A DNA stretch of 61,163 nt, from the NCBI GenBank assembly GCA_028293445.1, contig JAQGOU010000251.1, positions 1-61,163 of the forward strand. The letters run 5' to 3'. How positions within the stretch are numbered: the first letter of the stretch is position 1; the number at the start of each line of letters is the position of its first letter. This document shows positions 45,421 to 55,648 of the stretch, piece by piece. Source of the DNA: Verrucomicrobiales bacterium (lineage in GTDB: Bacteria; Verrucomicrobiota; Verrucomicrobiia; Limisphaerales; JACDHS01). Under the pieces are notes generated by a model. That model searched no databases. It saw only the letters and a list, made by a program, of their open reading frames with translations, and was not told the DNA's origin. Position numbers and translations under genes: made by a program.

Positions 45421-46028
45421 GGACGTACAACGCGTTGTACGTCCTAAACCTGCGGTTCGAAATCGGGGTACAACGGCTCTGGAGCAAAAAAGGACGATCG
45501 GAAAACAGGGTACAAGCCTCCTGGACCAATTTTCTATTCCCGGAAACTCCCGTACAAGCGTTGTACGCCCGTTTCCGGTTGTCGGAAACTACGGTACAAG
45601 CGTTGTACGCCAATTTTCCGGAATCCGAAATCGGGGTACAACGCGTTGTACGCCTCAAAACTGCTCCGGAAAATTCCGGTACAAGCATTTTCCAGGAAAT
45701 TTGGTTGTCCGGGAAGAGCGTACAAGCCTTGTACCCTCTTTCTGAACTCCCCGGAAGTGGGGTACAACGCGTTGTACGTCATTTTTCTTTCCAAAAGTTA
45801 TCCTTTTTCGTTGTACCCTCTTTTCCTGGCACGTAACTTCGGTCCATAAGGCTTGTACGGGAGTTCCGGACAACCGGAAAGTGGCGTACAACGCTTGCAC
45901 CCTCATTTCCCGGAAGAATTTTTCCTGGAAAATGCTTGTACCGGAATTTTCCGTGACGGATTTTTCACGTACTTCGCGTTGTACCCTGTTTTCCGACGCC
46001 AGATTTTCCGCGTACAACGCGTTGTACC
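45421..46028. repeat. Tandem array 4: about 15 copies of a ~42-bp unit (GTACAACGCGTTGTAC palindrome + TTTCCGG..CCGGAAA dyad)
   Basis: GTACAA (or inferred) anchors at 45425, 45468, 45510, 45552, 45594, 45636, 45679, 45720, 45762, ~45801, ~45843, 45886, ~45926, 45969 and 46012 (mean 41.9 bp). Perfect 24-bp palindrome GGACGTACAACGCGTTGTACGTCC at 45421-45444. Confidence 0.95.
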
Positions 46029-46273
46029 TTTTTGCAGGAGCTTGATTTGCTACGAGTTGCAGAGAAAAGCCCGGATTCCTTCGATGTTTTCCACGGAATG
46101 AATGTAACTCTCGCAGTCGCCGACGGGCAGCACGGCGGGACAGCGCTCCCCTCCCCAACCTTGCGTCCGACGGGAAAGGAGGAAGAGAAGCATGGTATTC
46201 CTGCTGGCTCTTCGTTGTAACGTTTTCTGTCAGTCTCGTGTCTGAAGCGAACAACGGATGCTATTTGAACTTT

Positions 46274-47641
46274 ATGCGCTCACGACGTTGCCTTTTTCTA
46301 TCCCTTTTGCCGATTCTTCTGTCCTGTGCCTTCGTCCGCGCCGCTGAAAAACCCGACATCGTTTTTATTCTGTCGGATGATCAAGGTTCTTACGACGTGG
46401 GCTGGCGGGGCAGCGAAATCAAAACGCCCAACCTCGACAAATTGGCCCGGGCTGGCGCGCGGCTCGAAAACTTTTACGTCCAACCGCTCTGCTCTCCCAC
46501 GCGCGCCGCACTGATGACCGGTCGTTATCCGATGCGTTACGGATTACAAGTCGGCGTGATTTTGCCGGATGCGGATTTCGGATTGCCACTGGAAGAACGC
46601 ATGTTGCCGCAAGCCCTGCACGAAGTGGGCTATACCACAGCCATCTGCGGCAAATGGCATCTGGGCAGTCTTGATAAAACCTACTGGCCCGATCATCGCG
46701 GTTTCGATCATTGGTATGGAATGCTGTTCGGGATGACGGACTATTTCAAACACACCCGCACCGATAAGCTGGATTGGTGGCGCAACGGTAAACTCAGTCA
46801 CGACGAAGGCTACACCACGGAATTGATCGGACGCGAAGCGGTCACACAGATTCGCAATCAAGCGAAAGACAAACCGCTCTTTCTCTACGTTCCTTTCAAC
46901 GCGGTCCATTATCCGTTTCAAGCTCCGGAAAAATACAAGGAACCTTACGCTGCTTTGAAAGACCCGCGCCGCACCTACGCAGGAATGATTGCGGCGATGG
47001 ACGAAGCCATCGGCAAAATCGTCGCGGCGATTGATGAGACAGGCCGCCGCAAAAACACCCTCTTTATTTTCTCCAGCGACAATGGCGGATACAAGCCCGG
47101 CACGGTGACCAGTAACGGCCCGTTGCGCGGTGGAAAAGGTTCGGTCTATGAAGGCGGGGTTCACACCTGTGCCTTTGCCACTTGGGAAAACCACATCAAA
47201 CCCGGCAGCGCTGTCAACGCCATGGCCCACATGGTGGATTGGTATCCAACGTTGCTGAATCTCACCGGCGCATCGCTCAAGCAGAAATTGCCGCTCGATG
47301 GGAAAGATATCTGGCCCTGCGTGACCGAAGGAAAGCCTTCGCCGCACCATGAGATTTTATTTAATTCCACACCCACGACTGGCGCGATCCGCGTCGGCGA
47401 CTGGAAGCTCGTTCTGCACGGCAAGCAGGACGGTGCGGAACAAAGGGGCAAAGGTAAAAAGCGTAAGCGCAACGCGGACGCCGGCATGAACATCGAATTG
47501 TTCAACCTGGCCGAGGATCTTTCCGAAAAGAAAAATCTGGCCGATGAAAATCCGAAAAAGCTGAAGGAATTACGCTCTCGTTACGACGCTTTAGCCAGCC
47601 AAGCCGTCCCGCCGAAAAACCAAAACGACAAGGAGCCGTAG
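46274..47641 (+). CDS. Arylsulfatase-type sulfatase (formylglycine-dependent)
   Basis: The ATG at 46274 gives MRSRRCLFLSLLPILLSCAFVRA. PDIVFILSDDQG, the FGly motif CSPTRAALMTGR, GKWHLG, and SSDNGG. Confidence 0.9.
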   Translation: MRSRRCLFLSLLPILLSCAFVRAAEKPDIVFILSDDQGSYDVGWRGSEIKTPNLDKLARAGARLENFYVQPLCSPTRAALMTGRYPMRYGLQVGVILPDADFGLPLEERMLPQALHEVGYTTAICGKWHLGSLDKTYWPDHRGFDHWYGMLFGMTDYFKHTRTDKLDWWRNGKLSHDEGYTTELIGREAVTQIRNQAKDKPLFLYVPFNAVHYPFQAPEKYKEPYAALKDPRRTYAGMIAAMDEAIGKIVAAIDETGRRKNTLFIFSSDNGGYKPGTVTSNGPLRGGKGSVYEGGVHTCAFATWENHIKPGSAVNAMAHMVDWYPTLLNLTGASLKQKLPLDGKDIWPCVTEGKPSPHHEILFNSTPTTGAIRVGDWKLVLHGKQDGAEQRGKGKKRKRNADAGMNIELFNLAEDLSEKKNLADENPKKLKELRSRYDALASQAVPPKNQNDKEP

Positions 47642-47676
47642 TCGCTAATCAGGAAACCGGAATGAGCCCCTTGGTT

Positions 47677-49731
47677 TTACCGTTTTTGAAAACCAATCTG
47701 CTCAAACGGTATCGGTTTGAAACCCGGCAGGTGCTTGAAAACTTCGGCGTCAGGACGCAATTGAAAATTCCCACTGGCCACATCCACGAAGCCGGGATCG
47801 CTGTTGGTCTGCCACATTTCGTTCGCTGAGTATTGCCAATTGCCGCTGCTGATCTCGCTCGCACGGATCAGCACGTTGTTCTTGGCATGGCTGTTTCGCG
47901 GTTGGCCAGGTTGCGGGTTCATGAATCCAATCAACTCGGGATAATGCGTCGTGTAAGGCGGTTTGGTGATGTCGACTTCCTGCAACAGTTTTTCAGTGAA
48001 ATGACAATCTTGTCCACCGTTGATGGCATCTTTCCAGCGAGCATCGTCCCATGGCGCGGAGCCAAGTGGACGCTGACAGTCGAGGAAAATATTGTTCTCG
48101 GCGCGGATGTCGTGACCGCCATGAGAGAAGACTGTGCCGAAGCTGCCGCCGCCCGGATGTCCGCAGCGGAGGAAAACGTTCCCGAAGACGAGATCGCCGC
48201 CATCGCCGTCGTCGAAGTAAATCGCGGCGGTGCCGTGGCCCATGGGACTGCCAATGTCCTTCCAGAAATTGTAACGGATGATATTGCCGCGACAGGAGGG
48301 ATTGCGGCCTTTATACAGCGCGCCCGCATCGTCGGTTTCCATGACGACGTTGCTCACAGTATTGAATTCAAAAATGTGATCATTGCCGTTCAGGAAGACG
48401 GCTTGATGCGGCGCGTCATGGAGGACGTTGTGCGCGGCGCGATTGCCGACGCCGCCGAGGACGATACCGTAAGCCGAAGTCAACTGATGCCGCGAGAATC
48501 CCCAGATATGATTGTTCAACGCTTCATGATGCGCCGGGGCGAGCGTCTTGCGATCGCCCCCTTCCAGAATTAATCCGCCGGTTCCAGTGTCATGGATGTC
48601 GCAGCTCTCGACGGTATGTCCCGTCCCGCCAGTCACGCGGATCCCGAGCTGGCGCGTGTTCCGCACAATGCAACTCTCGATGCGATTACTGCGACCGCCG
48701 GAGATTTCAATTCCATTACCCAGCGATGCTTCCATGGTGAAACCGCGAAAGGTGATGTGCTCCACATTGGTGAGCACGAGCAGAGGCGCGTTGAGAACCG
48801 AGAGTGTAACCCGTGCTTCTTTCAACGGAGCAGGCGGCCAGAAGTAAAGAATACCAGCGACGCGGTCGATATAGAATTCGCCGGGCTCATCGAGTTCTTC
48901 GAGAAGGTTTAAGGCTCGGAAGCGGCGCGGCGAAGGATTGCCTTGTTTGACACTGTAAAGTGCGGGCGTTGCCAACGTGATCTGGTTTTTCTCCCGATCG
49001 ATGGATTTTACCTTGATGGTTTCCTCATACCAATCGTAGCACCAGTAACCTTGCAGCCAGACGCCCTGCTCCGCATTCCAACGGTCAGGGCGCGCATCTG
49101 AATATTCGAAAATCCCCGGACGATCAGACTTGTCACCCTCACGCGGATTGGAACCGGATTCGATAATTTTGGAAACTGTAGCCCAACCTTTGTTCGGCCA
49201 GCGCGCCAGAGTCATCCGTTGATCCTGGAAAAACAATTCGGGCGCAGCGGGCACACCGCGAAAGTTCTTCGGGAACTCTGGGATTTCCATCGAACTCACG
49301 TCGCGAAGATTCGCTTGAAAGACCTTACCGTGGGCGATTGGGTCAAGCCGCTTAAGAAGCGTGGAGTCGGTTACCAAACTGAACGCCTTGGCGGTCAACG
49401 TCGGCCCGCCAGCCAGACGGACTTGTTCGCCGGGCGCTCCTCGCCATACGACGGGATGTTTTGGCGTGCCCGAATCCTCCTTCGCAAGTTCAAGGCTGTT
49501 GGTCTGAAAATACGTGCCGCCATGCACAATGATTGTTACCGGCTCACGAAGTCGCCGGAACTTAAGATGACGCACGGCATCCCTGGCGCGCACCAGACTT
49601 GCGAACGGCCTTTTTGAACTGCCGGAATTCTTGTCATTTCCATTTGTCGCGACGTGTAACGTGGTCGCGGGCATATCCGTCAGCGCTAAAAAGAAAACTG
49701 TGGCCAGTAAGATTCGAGGAACGGGATTCAC
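47677..49731 (-). CDS. Right-handed parallel beta-helix repeat protein (pectate-lyase fold, secreted)
   Basis: GTG start, signal peptide, then LHVATNGNDKNSGSSKRPFASLVRARDAV, typical of this family. Repeated G..I....N..I..C/N turns (e.g. NRIESCIVRNT, HTVESCDIHDTG). Confidence 0.8.
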   Translation of the reverse strand: MNPVPRILLATVFFLALTDMPATTLHVATNGNDKNSGSSKRPFASLVRARDAVRHLKFRRLREPVTIIVHGGTYFQTNSLELAKEDSGTPKHPVVWRGAPGEQVRLAGGPTLTAKAFSLVTDSTLLKRLDPIAHGKVFQANLRDVSSMEIPEFPKNFRGVPAAPELFFQDQRMTLARWPNKGWATVSKIIESGSNPREGDKSDRPGIFEYSDARPDRWNAEQGVWLQGYWCYDWYEETIKVKSIDREKNQITLATPALYSVKQGNPSPRRFRALNLLEELDEPGEFYIDRVAGILYFWPPAPLKEARVTLSVLNAPLLVLTNVEHITFRGFTMEASLGNGIEISGGRSNRIESCIVRNTRQLGIRVTGGTGHTVESCDIHDTGTGGLILEGGDRKTLAPAHHEALNNHIWGFSRHQLTSAYGIVLGGVGNRAAHNVLHDAPHQAVFLNGNDHIFEFNTVSNVVMETDDAGALYKGRNPSCRGNIIRYNFWKDIGSPMGHGTAAIYFDDGDGGDLVFGNVFLRCGHPGGGSFGTVFSHGGHDIRAENNIFLDCQRPLGSAPWDDARWKDAINGGQDCHFTEKLLQEVDITKPPYTTHYPELIGFMNPQPGQPRNSHAKNNVLIRASEISSGNWQYSANEMWQTNSDPGFVDVASGNFQLRPDAEVFKHLPGFKPIPFEQIGFQKR

Positions 49732-49792
49732 GGCGATGATTTATCAGTCACGGCACGTTGGCTCAATGACAAAGGGCTAATTGTTCGCTAAC

Positions 49793-52060
49793 ATGCGTCG
49801 CGTGAATCAAGCCCGCATACTATTTAGCCTTCTGGCATCAATGCTTCTCGCTTGCTACGTCGTTCAAGCCGCGGCCACCCCTGATCCTCTCGACCGTTAC
49901 AACGTGGTTTGGGACACGCCCAGTCAGAATTCGTCTGGTTCCATGCCGCTGGGCAACGGTGACATTGGGCTGAACGTTTGGGTGGAGACAAATGGTGATC
50001 TCCTGTTTTACATCAGCAAAACCGATGCGTGGGACGAACATGGACGCCTGCTTAAACTGGGCCGCGTCCGGATGAAGCTCTCGCCCAATCCATTTCGCGC
50101 GGGAACTCCGTTTCGTCAGGAACTGAAATTGCGTCAGGGCGAAATTCAAATTCACGCGGGCGAAAAGGCAGCCGAGATTATTCTTCACATTTGGGTTGAT
50201 GCAAATCGTCCAGTCATTCACGTGGAAGCCGAAGGGAAGCAACCTTTTCATTGCGAGGCCGCGTTGGAGCTGTGGCGCACGACAAAGCGTCCATTGACGG
50301 AAGACGAAATGTCAGCCGGTGTGGATTCGTTTACGAAAAACGAGCCAGCCTTTAGCTATCCCGACACCATCGTCGAGAATCACAAAACGTATGTGGGATG
50401 GTTTCATCGTAATGTTGAATCACTCTGGCCCGCGACGCTGGGACATCAAGGGCTCGAAAGTCTAATTCCAAAACTTAATGACCCTCTTTTGCATCGGACA
50501 TTCGGCGCGGTGATGACAAGCGCTGAATTGATTCGCACGAACGATACGACATTCAAGTCTGCTCAACCTGTTCGCCATGTCGTGCTTTCCATTTATCCGT
50601 TGACCGCTCAGACATCGACAACCAACGACTGGCTTTCCCAAGTTGAAGCGAGCAAGAAGAAAGTTGACGTGGTCAATGTGAGACGAGCGCTTTCGCAGCA
50701 TTTGGACTGGTGGGACGCGTTTTGGAATCGCAGTTGGATTCGCATCACTGGCGGCGATAAAATACGTTCGGAACAGGAAATCGTTTCGCAGTCCTACGCC
50801 TTGCAGCGATTCATCAGCGCTTGCGGAGGACGCGGCAGTTCACCCATCAAGTTTAACGGCTCGATCTTCACGGTGGACGTTTCCGGAAAATTCGACGCCG
50901 ATTATCGACGATGGGGTGGTCCTTACTGGAATCAAAACACGCGTCTGAACTATTGGCCGATGCTGGCCAGTGGCGACTTCGATATGATGCAGCCGTGGTT
51001 TCGGATGTATCTCGATGCCTTGCCACTCGCACAGAGGCGAACTGAAATTTACTACTCGCATGGCGGCGCGTTTTTCCCCGAGACAATGTATTTTTGGGGT
51101 GCTTATTTTAACAACAGTTCTGGCTATGGCTGGGATCGAGAGGGCGAACCATTGGGCCGAACCGTGAATCGTTACATCCGTTACCATTGGCAGGGTGGAA
51201 TCGAATTGACGGCCGTCATGCTGGACTATTATGCGTTCACGAAAGACCGCGAATTCTTGCACAAGACACTGCTCCCACTTGCAGGCGACATCATTGAATT
51301 TTACGAGAAACATTATCCACGCGAAACCAATGGACGTTTGCTGATCGCGCCCGCGCAAGCCTTGGAAACCTGGTGGGACTGTGAAAATCCATTACCGGAA
51401 ATCGCGGGCCTTCAATTTGTGTTACCGCGTTTGTTGGACTTACCGGACGCCCAGGTGTTGCAACGCAAAGCCTGGCGAGATCTGTTAGCCGCATTGCCGC
51501 CGGTGCCCATGCGTGAAGCAGACGGAAAGCAAATACTCGCGCCCGCCGCGAAATTTCAAACGCTACAAAACCAGGAAATCCCGGAACTTTACGCTGTGTT
51601 TCCCTACCGACTTTTTGGCGTGGGCAAACCTGAATTGGAAATGGCACGACGCACGTTTGCCCAACGAGCCGTCAAAGGAAATAGCGGCTGGCAACAGGAC
51701 GATACGCAAGCTGCATTGCTCGGACTCTCCGACGAAGCGCGCCGAATGTTGGTAAGCCGGTTCTCAACAAAAGACCCCGACAGCCGGTTCCCGGCCTTTT
51801 GGGGACCGAACTTCGACTGGACTCCTGATCAGGACCACGGCGCCAACGGACTCATGACCTTGCAGAGCATGTTGCTCCAATGCGACGGACAAAAGCTCTT
51901 GCTCTTCCCCGCATGGCCGAAGGAGTGGGACGTGGAATTCAAATTGCACGCGCCCATGAACACAACCGTGGAAGGCGTTTACCGCCACGGCAAACTGCTG
52001 CAACTGAAAGTTACGCCACGCGCCCGAAAAAAGGATCTCGCGATTCTGGACGCACAGTAA
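49793..52060 (+). CDS. DUF5703-type putative glycoside hydrolase (six-hairpin, GH95-like)
   Basis: ATG at 49793 (the track start is TTG at 49781). YNVVWDTPSQNSSGSMPLGNGDIGLNVWVE.NGDLLFYISKTDAWDE..RLLKLGRVR matches my memory of the DUF5703 N-terminal domain. Confidence 0.6.
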   Translation: MRRVNQARILFSLLASMLLACYVVQAAATPDPLDRYNVVWDTPSQNSSGSMPLGNGDIGLNVWVETNGDLLFYISKTDAWDEHGRLLKLGRVRMKLSPNPFRAGTPFRQELKLRQGEIQIHAGEKAAEIILHIWVDANRPVIHVEAEGKQPFHCEAALELWRTTKRPLTEDEMSAGVDSFTKNEPAFSYPDTIVENHKTYVGWFHRNVESLWPATLGHQGLESLIPKLNDPLLHRTFGAVMTSAELIRTNDTTFKSAQPVRHVVLSIYPLTAQTSTTNDWLSQVEASKKKVDVVNVRRALSQHLDWWDAFWNRSWIRITGGDKIRSEQEIVSQSYALQRFISACGGRGSSPIKFNGSIFTVDVSGKFDADYRRWGGPYWNQNTRLNYWPMLASGDFDMMQPWFRMYLDALPLAQRRTEIYYSHGGAFFPETMYFWGAYFNNSSGYGWDREGEPLGRTVNRYIRYHWQGGIELTAVMLDYYAFTKDREFLHKTLLPLAGDIIEFYEKHYPRETNGRLLIAPAQALETWWDCENPLPEIAGLQFVLPRLLDLPDAQVLQRKAWRDLLAALPPVPMREADGKQILAPAAKFQTLQNQEIPELYAVFPYRLFGVGKPELEMARRTFAQRAVKGNSGWQQDDTQAALLGLSDEARRMLVSRFSTKDPDSRFPAFWGPNFDWTPDQDHGANGLMTLQSMLLQCDGQKLLLFPAWPKEWDVEFKLHAPMNTTVEGVYRHGKLLQLKVTPRARKKDLAILDAQ

Positions 52061-52083
52061 ACGGCGTGGCTCTCGCATAAGCC

Positions 52084-53469
52084 CTAACTTCTCAAATACG
52101 CGCCCTTTGCCACCAGTTCATCGCGCAATCGGCATACGTTTACCTTCGCTGGCGATACATTATCACGCACACACATTTTCGCGGCGCGTCCGGCAGCTTC
52201 GCCCATCGCCATGCAGGTCGCCATGACACGGATTGCTCCCATCGCTTCGTGCGTGGTGGAAATACAACGGCCCGCGACCAAGAGGTTATCTACTTTCGTC
52301 GGGACGAGTGAACGGTATGGGATGTCGTAACAATCGCCGCACCAGATTAACGTGCAGCCTTCGTCCCCCGGACGATGGATGTCGATCGGATAGCTCGCGA
52401 CCGCGATGGCGTCGTCGAATTTGCGACAGCCTAAAACATCTTCCTGCGTCATCACGTATTGGCCGACTATGCGGCGCGTTTCGCGAATGCCAAGGAAGGG
52501 CGCAGTCTTGGTGAAATAGGATTTCTCGAAGCCTGGCACGTAGTCTTTCAGGTACGTATAGATGTCGTCGATCTGGTGACGTGCTTCTATTTCACCCATC
52601 GAAAGACTGCGCGCATCCGTACCGTCCACGCCGGCGACGCGTGTCATGTTCAACCACGCTTCACCCTCGCGCAAGCCGGTGATGATGATCGTGCGTTCGT
52701 TCGGAATCTTCAGACCTTTTTCCGCACGCGCCTTCGCGATGAGTTCGCGCAGGCCGACGACAATGAACTGATTGTTCTGGCCGAAATATTCTGCCGGAAT
52801 GAAATCGGTGAGATACGTGCGCGTTTGATTGGCGATGCTCATGCGCAGCTTCTCTGTGTCCACGCCTGCGAGACAAAACATGAGGGTGGGCGGTTGCATC
52901 CCGCCTTTCTCGTTCCCCTTCTCGCACGGCACACCGGAACGGAACGCAACGTCGCCGTCGCCGGTGCAGTCGATCACAATTTTAGCGAGCACCGCTTCGC
53001 GCCCACTTTTACTTTCCGTGATGATCCCTTTGATTGTATCGCCGTCCATGACTACTCCAGCGCAGGCGGTGTAAAACGTTACATCAACGCCGGCTTCCGT
53101 GAGCATTTCGAGTGCAACGGTCTTCACCGCTTCCGGTTCCACCAAAGTGATCCCCATGTGTAACGGGCACGGACGATGTTCGCTCGCGCCTTTGCGGACC
53201 TTGAGGCGGTCGATGAATTTTTGCGGCAGACCTTTGATGATCTGGTTTCCTTTTTGACCGAGGAATCCGAGGATCGGCAGACCGATGGTCATATTGCCGC
53301 CGAGAAAACTTCGGCTCTCGATCAAGCCGACTTTCAAACCGTCCTCAGCTGCTGCGAGCGCGGAGGTCAGCCCCGCCGGACCGCCGCCTACAACAAGAAC
53401 ATCGTATTGCGCGCGAACGGGAATGGTTCTTTGTGGCTCTGTAATAGAAGTCATTGGATTCTGTGACAT
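52084..53469 (-). CDS. FAD-dependent oxidoreductase (FAD_oxidored/PF12831-like)
   Basis: YDVLVVGGGPAGLTSALAAAEDGLKVGLIESRSFLGGN dinucleotide-binding motif; about 460 aa. Confidence 0.8.
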   Translation of the reverse strand: MSQNPMTSITEPQRTIPVRAQYDVLVVGGGPAGLTSALAAAEDGLKVGLIESRSFLGGNMTIGLPILGFLGQKGNQIIKGLPQKFIDRLKVRKGASEHRPCPLHMGITLVEPEAVKTVALEMLTEAGVDVTFYTACAGVVMDGDTIKGIITESKSGREAVLAKIVIDCTGDGDVAFRSGVPCEKGNEKGGMQPPTLMFCLAGVDTEKLRMSIANQTRTYLTDFIPAEYFGQNNQFIVVGLRELIAKARAEKGLKIPNERTIIITGLREGEAWLNMTRVAGVDGTDARSLSMGEIEARHQIDDIYTYLKDYVPGFEKSYFTKTAPFLGIRETRRIVGQYVMTQEDVLGCRKFDDAIAVASYPIDIHRPGDEGCTLIWCGDCYDIPYRSLVPTKVDNLLVAGRCISTTHEAMGAIRVMATCMAMGEAAGRAAKMCVRDNVSPAKVNVCRLRDELVAKGAYLRS

Positions 53470-53487
53470 ATAAAGTGTTCGTCGGAA

Positions 53488-54369
53488 TTACAACTCGACC
53501 ACGGCCGAAACAAAGTAATGGTCGCTCGGATAATGACCGTTGCGCCCATCGCGGATCACCGCGGCGGCCAGCGGCTTGACCGCACCGCGGCAAAAGATCC
53601 AATCGATTTTCTTATGCGGCGCAGCTTTCGGCCCGCGGAAACCGTGAAACGTCTGTCCCGGGTCCTTCCCGGGATTTGCGGCGGCAAAAGTATCTACCCA
53701 GCCTCCTTCGGTGAAATTGGTGATGGCCTGATTCTCAATACCTGCGTTCATGTCGCCCGTGAGTATTTGTGGAAACTCTTTGGGCAAGACGTCGCTCGCC
53801 TGCACGATCAGTGCCGCACTCTTCGCGCGAGCTTGTTGTCCCTTGTGATCGAGGTGGGTGTTCCAATATCGGAATTCTTTTCCGGAACTGCGCTCCTTGA
53901 GATCGACCCAGTTGACGAGACGCGGAAGGGCCGAATCCCACGACTTAGCGAACGCAATATGCGGCGTTTCCGAGAGCCAGAATCCACCCGCGGAAATCAA
54001 TTCGTACCGTGAACGCAAAAAGAAAATGGCATTGATCGGATGAAAGGTTGTCGGGAAATACGACAGCGCGTAAGTGTCGTATTCCGGCATGCGACTTTTC
54101 AAATCTTTCCAGTGTATCTCCTGAGCTTCCTGCAACCCGAAGAGATCGGCCTTCTGCGCTTTGATAATGTCGGCGCACATTTCTTTGCGGTGCTTCCAGC
54201 CGTCGCCGGTTTTGCTGTCGGCAGGCACATCCACGCGGACATTGCACGTGAGAACTTTGTGTGTGCTCACTGTTTTCTTGAGGGCGCTGTCATCGGCACG
54301 CAAGGATTGCGCAAGATTCGGCAACGCTGCGACAAGCCCGATTGCTTTGATAAAGTTTCTTCGTTTCAT
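53488..54369 (-). CDS. Endonuclease/exonuclease/phosphatase (EEP) family protein with a Tat-like signal
   Basis: MKRRNFIKAIGLVAALPNLA; FGLQE; NTHLDH; GDMN; C-terminal YPSDHYFV. Confidence 0.8.
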   Translation of the reverse strand: MKRRNFIKAIGLVAALPNLAQSLRADDSALKKTVSTHKVLTCNVRVDVPADSKTGDGWKHRKEMCADIIKAQKADLFGLQEAQEIHWKDLKSRMPEYDTYALSYFPTTFHPINAIFFLRSRYELISAGGFWLSETPHIAFAKSWDSALPRLVNWVDLKERSSGKEFRYWNTHLDHKGQQARAKSAALIVQASDVLPKEFPQILTGDMNAGIENQAITNFTEGGWVDTFAAANPGKDPGQTFHGFRGPKAAPHKKIDWIFCRGAVKPLAAAVIRDGRNGHYPSDHYFVSAVVEL

Positions 54370-54370
54370 T

Positions 54371-55633
54371 TTAGGAAAAGGAGGATGCAGGAACTAACAC
54401 AGGTTTGGGTTCGGCAGGTTTCTCCGGTCGCACCATCGTCCAGAGAACCACCATGGCGAGAGGATGCAGCAGCGCCATGATCGCAAAAATTTGGGGAGCA
54501 CCGACGGTCTGCATCATTTTACCAACGTAGGTATTAAAGAGTATGGCGCCCGCCGTTCCAAAGCCGGCCGTAATTCCCATGACACTACCGATATTGGCGG
54601 CCGGAAACGTTTCGGCAATCACGACGCTCATACTAAATAACCAACTGAGGCAAACAGCGCAGACGATGCTGAACAGAATCAGCGTCACGACGGCGTGTGG
54701 CAGATGTGGAGTCAACGCGCAAACAGGTGCGCAGAGCGCAGTAACGGTGAGCATGATTTTGCGGGCGCGAAGCGGTTCGGTCCCGCCTTTCACCAAACGA
54801 TCAGACCACGCCGCGCTTCCGATCCCGCCGATGTCGGCGACGAGAAACGGGATCCATCCATACATGCCAATTTGTTTGAGCGTCAGGCCGGAATTTTCCT
54901 GCAAATAACCAGGCAACCAGAACAAACAAAAATACCAGACCGGATCGCTGATGAAACGGCAGAGCAGAATTCCCCACAAACTGCGGGTGCGCCAGAGTTG
55001 CGGCCAGGTGAACGCCTGGGTCGCAGCGTTGTCGCGGATCGACTGCGCAGCGATTTCAACCGGCGGATCGCGATAGATGAACCACCAGAGAACGGCGACT
55101 CCAAAGCCGATAACGCCGGGGATAACAAACGCGAGATGCCAATTGAACTTGAGCGCGATCGACGCGACCAACGGCGGCGCCAGAATCGCCCCAATCGAAC
55201 CGCCCGACACACACAGGCTGTTTGCCGTGGCGCGCATCGTGCCCGGACACCAGATCGTGATGGCGCGCAATTGCGCGGGATAGGCCAGCGGTTCCGCCAT
55301 GCCGAGCATCCCACGGAAAAATGCGAGTTGACCGAACGTTCTCGTGAGCCCTGCGCCGAGGCACGCCGTCGACCAGCCAATAATTCCGGTGAGCATGACT
55401 CCACGAGTACCGAAACGATCGACGAGCCAACCCGCGACTGGATACATGCCGGCGTAACAGATGGCGAAGACGTTCACGAGCCTGGCGTATCCGCTGTCAT
55501 CCAGGCTGAATTCCGTTTTCAGCGTCGGTTTGAGAATCGAAACAATTTGGCGGTCGAAGTAATTCAGCACCATCGCCCCGAAAATCAGCGCGACGATGAA
55601 CCAGCGACGTCGGGATGGAGTGAGGAACGACAT
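54371..55633 (-). CDS. MFS transporter (anion:cation symporter/hexuronate-like subfamily)
   Basis: 12 predicted hydrophobic spans. N-terminal RRRWFIVALIFGAMVLNYFDRQ and GWLVDRFGTRG are typical of the ACS family. Its stop lies 1 nt from the EEP start. Confidence 0.85.
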   Translation of the reverse strand: MSFLTPSRRRWFIVALIFGAMVLNYFDRQIVSILKPTLKTEFSLDDSGYARLVNVFAICYAGMYPVAGWLVDRFGTRGVMLTGIIGWSTACLGAGLTRTFGQLAFFRGMLGMAEPLAYPAQLRAITIWCPGTMRATANSLCVSGGSIGAILAPPLVASIALKFNWHLAFVIPGVIGFGVAVLWWFIYRDPPVEIAAQSIRDNAATQAFTWPQLWRTRSLWGILLCRFISDPVWYFCLFWLPGYLQENSGLTLKQIGMYGWIPFLVADIGGIGSAAWSDRLVKGGTEPLRARKIMLTVTALCAPVCALTPHLPHAVVTLILFSIVCAVCLSWLFSMSVVIAETFPAANIGSVMGITAGFGTAGAILFNTYVGKMMQTVGAPQIFAIMALLHPLAMVVLWTMVRPEKPAEPKPVLVPASSFS

Positions 55634-55648
55634 GCGCAGAACCGGTCT

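Noticed and set aside
45450-45470. tRNA-like T-arm string GGTTCGAAATCGGGG in array 4, and GGGATTTGAACGGGA near 38313
   Set aside because: No flanking acceptor, D or anticodon stems can be drawn. The first is simply part of a repeat unit, and the second lacks the complementary stem halves.
45062-46254. ORFs in the track that overlap or run through array 4 (45062..45688 -, 45383..45745 +, 45435..45836 +, 45534..45794 -, 45655..46254 -), as a possible 14-aa repeat protein
   Set aside because: Several frames stay open on both strands at once, which is what a stop-free palindromic 42-bp repeat produces. No signal peptide or start context is visible. Sister arrays with a 41-bp period cannot encode a repeat protein. 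The translations are Arg/Val/Gln-rich nonsense.
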